A DNA stretch of 64,000 nt from Saprolegnia diclina VS20 (lineage: Eukaryota), in the NCBI RefSeq assembly GCF_000281045.1, contig NW_008246087.1, positions 256,987-320,986 on the forward strand, in the 5' to 3' direction. How positions within the stretch are numbered: the first letter of the stretch is position 1; each line of letters starts with the position of its first letter. Of the stretch, positions 55,680 to 64,000 are shown in pieces. The notes beneath the pieces were generated by a model. The model was not told where the DNA came from and searched no databases. It saw only the letters and a program-made list of their open reading frames with translations. The position numbers and the translations under genes are program-made.

Positions 55680-57173
55680 ATGACGGTCCGGGCCGACTAC
55701 GACGTGGTCGTGCGCGGCCAGCTCACGGCCGACATTGAGGACGACCTCGCGCAGGTCGAGATGCAGGCCGCGCAGATCAAGACGCAGACCGCGACCTTTG
55801 TGCCCCACAAGTCGCCCACCTCCCAGTACAAGCTCGTCGCGCTCCTGCAGACGAGCAACCTCGTCCAGCGCCTCATCTCGGGCATCATCCTCGGGTCCTC
55901 GGTCACCGTGTACCTCGTGCTAGGCCCGCGCTCGGCGCCTGTCTATCTCTGCGCGTTCGTCGTCTCGATCTGCAACTACGAGTTCGCGTGGCTCGCCGAG
56001 CGCATTACGCACCGCTTCACGACGTCGTACCTCGACGACTGCCTCGGCGACGTGCACAGCGTAGGCATGTGTGCGATCCGCCCGTTCGACGGCGTCCGGC
56101 GCGCGGTCTCGCCGATCGCATGCGGCTACCCGCGCGTCGCTGCCGGGGTCCTCGCGACGCTCCTGGCCACCGGCGCAACGCTCTTCATCTCGTACCTTGC
56201 CGTCGACGTCTTGTCGTACAAGGACAGCCACCTCGGCAAAGCGGACTACCTCGTCCTTGACCTCACGCTCTACGTCGCCCTCACAACGTGGCTCACCACG
56301 TTCAGCGCGCTCCTCACGCCGAGCTTCCACTGTATGTTGAACCTCTTTGTCCAGCAGTTCGCGTACGGTCTCGTTACGATCACACAGTACTTTTGCCTCA
56401 GCTACGACAACAAGTGCTACGTCATGCTTGACACGAGCAAGGGCCGGTGGCTCGCGCTCCTCTTCATCTTTGGCAACCGCCTCCCGCTCTTGACGCGCGT
56501 CTCGCCGGCCGCGGCGATCGAGAGCTTCGTCCGCATCCTTCTCGACGTCATTGGCTTTGCCTACATTGTACTGCTCATGCAGCCGATCGCCGACCTCCTC
56601 ATGCAGGTCGACGGCGCCGACCGCATTGCGCTCGGCTTCCTCGCGGTCGTGTGGGGCACGGACACGGGCGCCTACATCATGGGCCACTTTCTCAAGCACA
56701 TCAAGTACAAGCGACTGCATCCGCTCGCCAAGCACATCTCGCCCAACAAAGACATCGAAGGCAGCCTCGGCGGCGTCGCGCTCGGTGTTGGCGCCGTCCT
56801 GCTCGTCGACGCGCTCATGGAGCTGCCAACGGACTTGACACCCGACATTGTGCAGCTCCAGCGTATCCACCGCATTTTGTTCGCAGTCGTTGGCGGCCTC
56901 CTCTCGCGCTACGGCGACCTCTTTGCGAGTCTCCTCAAGCGGCTCGCCGGCGTCAAAGACACGGGCACGCTGATCCCTGGCCACGGCGGCCTCCTCGACC
57001 GCGTCGACGCGCTCCTCTTTGTCGGCGCTGTCTTTGCCTTGTACCACCGCGGTGCGTTCGCTCCCTACTACGACAAGCAAATTGATGCGTCGTACGTCAC
57101 GTCGCTCGTCAACTCGGACGACCTGTGGACGCGCTTGACCAACGCTGGCATCCCGTACATCAAGTCGCCGTAG
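55680..57173 (+). CDS. cdsA: Phosphatidate cytidylyltransferase (CDP-diacylglycerol synthase, CTP_transf_1)
   Basis: Multi-TM protein. Signature motifs WGTDTGAY, ISPNKDIEGSLGG and GDLFASLLKRLAGVKDTGTLIPGHGGLLDRVD. Confidence 0.92.
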   Translation: MTVRADYDVVVRGQLTADIEDDLAQVEMQAAQIKTQTATFVPHKSPTSQYKLVALLQTSNLVQRLISGIILGSSVTVYLVLGPRSAPVYLCAFVVSICNYEFAWLAERITHRFTTSYLDDCLGDVHSVGMCAIRPFDGVRRAVSPIACGYPRVAAGVLATLLATGATLFISYLAVDVLSYKDSHLGKADYLVLDLTLYVALTTWLTTFSALLTPSFHCMLNLFVQQFAYGLVTITQYFCLSYDNKCYVMLDTSKGRWLALLFIFGNRLPLLTRVSPAAAIESFVRILLDVIGFAYIVLLMQPIADLLMQVDGADRIALGFLAVVWGTDTGAYIMGHFLKHIKYKRLHPLAKHISPNKDIEGSLGGVALGVGAVLLVDALMELPTDLTPDIVQLQRIHRILFAVVGGLLSRYGDLFASLLKRLAGVKDTGTLIPGHGGLLDRVDALLFVGAVFALYHRGAFAPYYDKQIDASYVTSLVNSDDLWTRLTNAGIPYIKSP

Positions 57174-57938
57174 GATACAGTGGCCTGTCTCTCTGTGTGT
57201 ATGTCGTCCTCTGCACCATCGTGTAAAGTTGTACATAAGTTATTTACCATTTTAGTGATTTCTTTGGCCTGTCCGAGTCGCCGCCGAGGTCCGACGGACG
57301 GCAATGGCCGTGGTAGGGAGCTGCGGTTGCCAGGCAGGGCCGCTAAAGCAGCATGGCCGAGGAAGACCATACACGATGACCAACCAGAAGGCCATCAACA
57401 TGGAAACGAGCCAACGCTTCCTTGAACCGTGGCGTCGACGCGCACGACGCTTCGGTTCAAGAGAAGGCCAGGAGCATGGAAGCGGTATCTCCATGTAGAT
57501 GACCTTCGCCATGAGCATCTTGCATGGGCCTTCCTCGGCCATGCTGCTTGGCTCGCATCGTCGTCGATGCCATTGGCGGTCCCATCGCCTTCGCCAGGAC
57601 GCGAGCAGGCGCCGGCGCTGGCGCAAGCGACCGAATTTTGGAGCGATGGATCCTCGATGTATTTTTATTCGTTGCATGAACTTCTTCGCATTATTAATAT
57701 TCCAAACGTATTCACAGAATATACAAATGGTTTGTAAAGTGGACGTATTTTTATTAAAAATACATTGCAATGGATGGGAATGGGAATAAAAAAGACGTCG
57801 GGCGCCGTGGAGCGTATTTTTATTTCAATCTTAGTTCTCTTCTGCGGCGACCGACGTAAGACGCGGTGCCCATGGGCGATGGCTCATGGCTGCCATGTGC
57901 ATGTAGACGCATCTACCTCGCTCCAACGACGGCTGATC

Positions 57939-58892
57939 ATGGGAAGTACCTCGAGCAAGGCGCATGACTCGAACCCGGCGGACCTCGGCGCGATGGGGTC
58001 GCAGCGGGACGCGGCCGCGCAGGCGGCCAACAACACGAACGCCGTGTATTATGGCAGCCCGACGCACCACGAGCAAGGTCGCCATAGCGATACGGACATG
58101 GATATGGACAGCAACTCGCCGCGCTTCATTCCGCCCAGCGACGCGCATCAAGCGGCGGCGGACGCGGGCCGCAATGACATCGTGCCCATGGTGTTTCGAT
58201 GGGAACATGGCGGACGCAACGTACATCGCACGAAGCGAAGACCGTCGTCTTATGCGGAATGGCGTCGTAGGTGTGCATCACGGGGACCTTCAATGGCTGG
58301 ACGACGCATGTGCCCATGCACCGGTCGGGGAATGATTTCACGTACATTGCCAACTTGCCGCGAGGAAAGCATGCGTACAAGTTTGTGGTCGACGACGAGT
58401 GGCGGTTCGCACCGGACCAGCCGACCGTCGCCGACGTCGATGGCAACATCAACAACTACGTCGACGTCTCAGACTTTGTCGCGCTCCTCGACGTTGACAT
58501 TGAGGAGGCGAACGAGAACGACAGCGAGACCGTGTACGGCCGGTTCATTCCCGACATCGACGAGTACACGAAGGAGCCGCCGCCGCTGCCGCCGCACCTC
58601 CGCCACATCATCCTCAACAAGGTAATAGATCTTAATCGGCTGAGGTCGATCTTAGATGATGGTGGCAGGCACCGCCGAGCGTCGACTGCAGGCTGCTGCC
58701 CGTGCCGCAGCACGTTGCGCTCAACCACTTGTACTGCACGGCCATCAAGGATGGCATGATGGTCCTTGGCATCACCCAGCGGTACATGCGTCCTCTACCA
58801 GGTCGTACCTCTCATCTTGCCTGCCGCCATGTAGATACAAGCAGAAGTTTGTGACGACAGTTTATTATAGTTTGATGCCAGGGTCGAATTAA
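57939..58892 (+). CDS. SNF1/AMPK beta regulatory subunit, three introns
   Basis: MG myristoylation start. CBM48: VFRWEHGG..V.ITGTFNGW...YKFVVDDEWR...GNINNYV. PPPLPPHL. C-terminal HVALNHLY...RYKQKFVTTVYY. Confidence 0.95.
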
Positions 58893-58942
58893 GCCGTGTA
58901 AATAAGCCTAGACTCGTGTAACCTGGCGTCGCATCTTAGAGC

Positions 58943-59262
58943 TTAGACATAGATTTCGGCCCAGAGGAAGACAAAGAGCGAGCCCGACCCGAGGAAGAGC
59001 GAGGCCAGAGCCGCGAACGCGAGCTCGACGATCATGTTCTTGTTGGCGCTCACGCCCTTGGTGAAGAACGCGGCCATGAAGACGAGCCCGATCAAGTTGA
59101 GGAAGACCGCCAGGTAGCCGTAGAGGTCGACGGGCACGGGGCTGGTGTGGGGGAATTCCTACGAGGCAGGTCGCATGAGCATCCTCATGTCCATTTTCGT
59201 GGCGTCGGCTCCATCTACATGGCGTCGTCGTCCGCGGGCAGGCGCATGCAGCGACGTACCAT
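58943..59262 (-). CDS. TMEM258: Oligosaccharyltransferase subunit OST5/TMEM258 (ATG at 59262, intron 59159-59259)
   Basis: HTSPVP...two TM helices...ASLFLGSGSLFVFLWAEIYV* matches the TMEM258 family C-terminus (ASLFMGFG...LWVGIYV). Confidence 0.85.
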
Positions 59263-59675
59263 GGTGCTAGGGGCGGGCGTGTGTGTGGTCAATCGCCGAG
59301 TGTGCTCCCTTTCACGAGCATAAGATTTCAGAGGTCTGCCGGATACGTGGCAGGTTGGCATGCATTCTCAGAGACTTGTGGAAATGGGTTAAACAGGTTT
59401 TATTCCAATTCAGCCGACGAGGCCGCTACCTGCAGGCCACAGAGCCCACGACCGCGTTCATGCCGAGTGTAGTGCAAATGCAGACCCATAGTGGAGAGGC
59501 GCCAACTGTCGAGGCGCCATCGCCTCTCGGAAGGATATAGCCGGGACGCTTCGTTTTACGCACTAAAACGCGGTGTAGAACGCACACGCCAAACGTTACG
59601 ACGTCGTTTAACGCGCATGCAGATCTTCAACGAAGGACCACAGACTTGCTTCGGACTCGCGGGATACGTACTACC

Positions 59676-60328
59676 ATGCACCTTGCAGCTGTCGCCTGGG
59701 CTTGCGTCGCATGGCTCGCCGCCGCCACGATGGCCGCGCCGACCAGCTTTTTTGACTTTGTCGTCAAGGGCGTCGACGGCGCCGACGTGCCACTCTCGCG
59801 CTACGCAGGCTCCAAGGCCATCTTGGTTGTCAACGTGGCCAGCGCATGCGGCTTGACCGACTCCAACTACCGCGAGCTGCAGGTGCGTCCTTGCCATATG
59901 AACGTAGAGTGCTCACGCCGTGGCGTAGGCGCTGTACACCAAGTACCACGACCAAGGCCTCGAGATCCTCGGCTTCCCGTGCAACCAGTTTGGGGCCCAA
60001 GAGCCTGGCACGATGCGCGACATCCTCGCCTTTACGCACGGCTACGACGTGACGTTTCCCATCTTCCAAAAGGTGTCGTCGTCGTCTCTGGCCATGGGAC
60101 TAGCGCCGCTCGTAGGTCGATGTGAACGGCCAAGACGCCGATCCCGTCTTTGCGTACCTCACCTCCGTCTTGGCCGGCTCCATTACCAACGACGTCAAGT
60201 GGAACTTTTCAAAGTTCCTCCTCGCGCACGGCCGCCCGTATGCGCGGTACGCGCCGACCACGTCGCCCGCTGCCATCGAAGACGCGATCGTCCGCATCCT
60301 CTCCAGTCAAAGCCACGACGAACTCTGA
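59676..60328 (+). CDS. Cys-type glutathione peroxidase with signal peptide and HDEL (ER-resident), two introns
   Basis: NVASACGLT (TGC, not TGA), [20 protein letters not shown]. Ends QSHDEL*. Confidence 0.93.
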
Positions 60329-60611
60329 GCGTTCTTCTGTCCCTATCCACATGACAATCTATCCATCCAAGACTGTTGAATAGTATTTGGATACTATTCG
60401 AATGTGCCAAGACGAGACGCGTCGCAAGTATTAGATCGCTAGCTGTTGCGGTCGGCGGAGCGTCGAGTGGACGGCAGGGTTAGGGTTCCAACGTGGCCCG
60501 ACTTCGAACCCTCGAAAACCCACAGTATTTGCACCCAGTGATCGCCACGATCAAGCATTTCGATATATATAAGCGAGGACGACACACACGGATGATTCTA
60601 GGACCTTGCGT

Positions 60612-62234
60612 CTACGTCGACGTCGCATTGCTCAGCGCTTTGGCGCCATAGTACGTCACGAGTTGATGGAGCTTGAGCGCGCTCCAGTTTTTGAGTTGTC
60701 GGTCGTCGGGCACGAGGTGGATGACCTTGACGAGCTTGGAGATGCGCGAGATAAAATTGAGCTTGCTCTCGCGCTCGAGGTACGCCTGGTACGTGCTGTT
60801 GTCGATGCGCTGCCACATGCGCAGAATCTGGTTCGACACGTCCTCAGACGTGTAGCTGTAGTCGCCCGGCCACTCGACGCGCTCGAGCAGCATAGCGCAA
60901 AAGCCAAAGAGGAGCAAGTACTGGAGACGGACAAGCCAAGTCGAGTGCAGCACGGGGCCGTTCGAAGGCAGCGCGACAAAGCGCAGCACAGCGACAAATT
61001 GAATGCCAATGTGGTACACAAACGCGCTCAGAACTGCGAGCGCAAAGTGCCGCGGCTTGCGCAGATTCGGGATCGATGCCGGGACCACGACGAGGCTATA
61101 GAGAGCGACCGTGGCCACCGCAGCAACGGCGCTGGCCGCGACTGCGACCCACGGCGGGCGCTGTGGGCACACGTGGCGCGTCACGAGCGTCGCCAAGTCG
61201 GAGGCCCAGAGCACGAGAAAGCAGAGGATTAGGGTGTAGAGGCGGTAGTGGGGCGGCTCGTGCGGGTCGAGCTGGTCTGGATTGAGGTAGTCTTGCACGA
61301 CGCTGACGACGACGTTGAGGAGCGACGGGACATACTGCAGCGTAAAGAGGTCCAGCAGCAAGGTCACGCCCGTGCGCGCGACCTCGCGCGACCGCACGAT
61401 GCGCAAAATGACGATTGGCACGAATGCAATGCTGAGGGCGAACCCGGCGTCGATGAGCTTGATGGAGCGAATATTGCCGTTGACAGCCGCGCGAAAGTCG
61501 AGGAGCGTGTTGAGCGTCAGCACCGAGAAGGCTGCTTGCATGAGGAGCAAGATCGCGCCGTCCATGGCCGATGGCGTGAACATGGCGGCGATCACCGCGA
61601 CAAAGCACGTCGACGTAATGTACGCGACGAGGATGCCGAAGGTGCCAGTGTCGAGGCCGAGCCCGGCGTCGTTCTGGATGAGCACAAGGAGGCCGCCGCA
61701 GAGTGCGCTGGCGAGGAGCGCGACAAGCACCGACAGCAGCGGCGCGGGCATGTGCAGCATGCGGCCCCAGACTCGCGCGTTCGCCGGCGGCACGTCGCTG
61801 TCGCGCGACGCTGCGAGCGCGTCGGGCTCGTAGTAAAGCTGAAAGGGCCGCAGGATCTTGTGGCGCACGCCGAGCGCGTACCATGCCATCTCGTAGTTGA
61901 GGATCGCGACAAGGACGGCGGCGAGAAAGTGCATGCCAATGTTGCCGGCAAAGACGAGCGTGCAGATGACGACAGCGCCGATCGCGGTCGACGAGACGAC
62001 GTACCAGAGGAGCGTGACGGGCGAGACCGGCGCGCCGACGCCATCGTCGTCCATGGACGTGGGAATCGTGGCCCGGGGCATGGACGACTGCATGAGCACA
62101 ATTGAAGCGAGCGACGGGCGCACGCCGGTAGAGGACTCGTCGAGCGTGAGCGGATGCGGATGGGGCGACTCGGAGATCGGCGTCGCGTCGTGGTAGTCGG
62201 CGCCGGCCGCGGACCCGCGCGGCGAAGGAATCAT
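60612..62234 (-). CDS. Multi-pass membrane protein, degenerate paralogue of the CDP-DAG synthase at 55680
   Basis: Single ORF of 540 aa. NYEMAW versus NYEFAW, LLLDLFTLQY versus ILLDVIGFAY, VLWASDLA versus VVWGTDTG. Lacks the SPxKxxEG and KD..HGG.LDR.D motifs. Confidence 0.7.
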   Translation of the reverse strand: MIPSPRGSAAGADYHDATPISESPHPHPLTLDESSTGVRPSLASIVLMQSSMPRATIPTSMDDDGVGAPVSPVTLLWYVVSSTAIGAVVICTLVFAGNIGMHFLAAVLVAILNYEMAWYALGVRHKILRPFQLYYEPDALAASRDSDVPPANARVWGRMLHMPAPLLSVLVALLASALCGGLLVLIQNDAGLGLDTGTFGILVAYITSTCFVAVIAAMFTPSAMDGAILLLMQAAFSVLTLNTLLDFRAAVNGNIRSIKLIDAGFALSIAFVPIVILRIVRSREVARTGVTLLLDLFTLQYVPSLLNVVVSVVQDYLNPDQLDPHEPPHYRLYTLILCFLVLWASDLATLVTRHVCPQRPPWVAVAASAVAAVATVALYSLVVVPASIPNLRKPRHFALAVLSAFVYHIGIQFVAVLRFVALPSNGPVLHSTWLVRLQYLLLFGFCAMLLERVEWPGDYSYTSEDVSNQILRMWQRIDNSTYQAYLERESKLNFISRISKLVKVIHLVPDDRQLKNWSALKLHQLVTYYGAKALSNATST

Positions 62235-63050
62235 CGTGGCGGTCGCTGCGGAATGCGACCAGCTGGCCCACGAGCTGGTTCCCGCACTTGCTGTTTGTAT
62301 GGACCGCTATAGAAAGACGGTAGGGCGCAATTGCCGTAGATGAGTACAGTGGCCGCACTAGTTCGCGACTGATCGCACGGACCTCTACCGACTGCGTATG
62401 CTTGAAGTAGCTAAAGCTAATGCGCCCAAGTCGCCGCCGAGGCAATGAGCCTCCAAGGGCCACGGCGCGAGGCTGCGATTTCGACTCGCTGCGAGTACCG
62501 TCACCGGAGCCTTGTGTTGAAGCGAGAGGGCAAGGCCAGAATGCCGGGCCAATTTGGTGATACTAGTAGCAAGCAAGCTGAGTAGCAAGTATCCTGTACG
62601 ATGGATATTTGGATACGACGATGGCTCGATAGACCATCGATTAAAGTAGGTAAGGGTATAAGGCTTCAAACTGATTTTCGCCAATGCCATGGACTTTAGT
62701 TAGTCGAGTTTCAGTACCAAGTAGCTGGGTTTGCGAATCACCAGACCCGCCATCACCACTGGGGAGGGTACACCACGCTGTTGCTCATCGATGGAATCTT
62801 ATTGTGTGACGCCCCTTTACGCGAGTCGACGACTCATATCGACAGACCTCGTATCTCGAAGGCACCTTGGGTAATGGTACTGAGCCTCGATGCCCACCCC
62901 GTGAGGTGCAGTGGCTGCTACGTGTATGCATTCGAGACTGCTCGTGGCATCGAGAAGGGCGTTGCGTGGACTTGGGACAAGGCTATACTTAGCAGACAGG
63001 TTGCCCGTCCAGACTAAAATTACCACGTCTCAGTGGTGTCTTATCGCGCC

Positions 63051-64000
63051 ATGACGACGTCCAAAGTGTCGGTGCTGCGCCTGTGCGTCGCGCTCACGGT
63101 TGAACTAGGCACTGCGGGGACGGTAGCGCGGCCGCCGCCGCAACCGCCAACAGCTGGGTGCAGTCGTCGAAAGAGCTCTTGCATGCGTACGCCGACCCGG
63201 ACGAGGCGCATCTCTCGCTGCGCAGTGCGTCACCTCAGCCTATGACGCGGTCGATAATGAACTTGGGCTAGGTGTCGTGCGGCGCGCCATGGAGCGCGAG
63301 TACGTCCTCATGCAGTTCAAGCGGTGCCAAGAGCAAGTGGGCATGGACCCCAACCTGCTCTTCTTTGCAGGTCCTTGCCCATGCCGCCAACCTATCTCAT
63401 GTAGTGTTGGTGGTGGTAGAGCCGTACGAGACCGACTTTTTGCGATTTCTCAACACGATCAACGCCGTCCGTGTCCGGATCACCTTTTCGATCGGGGGCC
63501 TTGCGTCCGCGCTCCTCTTTTGGTACGAGGCGGCGCGACTCGACGCTTACGACGCCAGCCTCCAAGGCTTTTCGCCAAACCACGAGCGCGCTTTGTACAT
63601 TTTGACCTTTGGCGTCATTGTGCCGACGTTCGCCGCCGGATTTCTCATCTCGTTCTGGCCGCGCGCCCAGCGCCAGCACCTCGAGCGGTAGGTTCCTTTC
63701 TTAGTCGAAATGACTTCGAGTCCGAGTGATAGCATTGCGATCTGCGTCTACTGGATCGTGGCCATGGCGTTCATTACGAAAAAGTGGGTTCAAGCTGCGA
63801 CCGGGCCCGTCTTGCCGCTCGTGATCCTCTTCATCCCGATCTTCAACGTCACGCGCGGCCGGTTTGCGTACAACTGCGTCCTCGGCTGGAGCATCGTCGT
63901 CACGTATGTAGACAATATTGTGTGTTATATTCGACTTCGACTAGGTATTTCATCGTGGAGCTCTCCCTCGGGCCCGACCTGACGTCCGCGGTCGTATTCC
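63051..64000 (+). CDS. 5' part of a multi-exon multi-pass membrane protein (possibly a membrane nucleotide cyclase), truncated by window end
   Basis: Successive exons encode TM helices (RVRITFSIGGLASALLFW; ILTFGVIVPTFAAGFLISF; PVLPLVILFIPIF). No catalytic domain is visible, so the product is a guess. Confidence 0.45.

Noticed and set aside
59840..59855. Selenoprotein GPx (Sec/SECIS)
   Set aside because: The active-site codon is TGC (Cys), not TGA.
60476..60487. Telomere-like AGGGTTAGGGTT and scattered TAGGGTT
   Set aside because: At most two units; too short to call an interstitial telomere or telo-box system.

Overview
Eukaryotic, GC-rich, gene-dense DNA with many short (about 42-55 nt) GT-AG introns, oomycete-style INR/FPR and CCAAT promoter elements and oomycete-type gene families. 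It is most consistent with a water mould (Saprolegniales, e.g. Saprolegnia; inference). There are two N gaps (1197-1481, 36647-37057). About 29 protein-coding loci: a head-to-head pair of ABCC transporters, a thaumatin-like/PAN secreted protein, a large secreted mucin-tailed protein, an ankyrin protein, two VASt (StART-like) lipid-transfer proteins with unusual domain mixes, a UBL-PUB-STI1-UIM protein, cysteine synthase, a GPI-type EGF protein, cytochrome c, RPF1, an N-carbamoylputrescine-amidase-like protein, mitochondrial uS15, MORN3, SSU72, CDP-DAG synthase plus a degenerate paralogue, AMPK/SNF1 beta, OST5/TMEM258 and an ER (HDEL) Cys-type glutathione peroxidase. The most striking item is a tandem pair of genes sharing a duplicated PH + NTF2/SnoaL-like module (same intron position) but wired to different partners: GAF in one, C2-like + MAP kinase (SEY activation loop) in the other. 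Other highlights are two apparent pseudoenzymes, a recurrent TATCCGG/CCGGATA promoter motif often in inverted pairs, a 17-bp perfect inverted repeat, and near-identical NBD1 tracts between the ABCC paralogues. Exon boundaries were inferred by eye and domain calls come from motif recognition; no searches were run. No tRNA, rRNA, CRISPR array or intact transposon was recognised.
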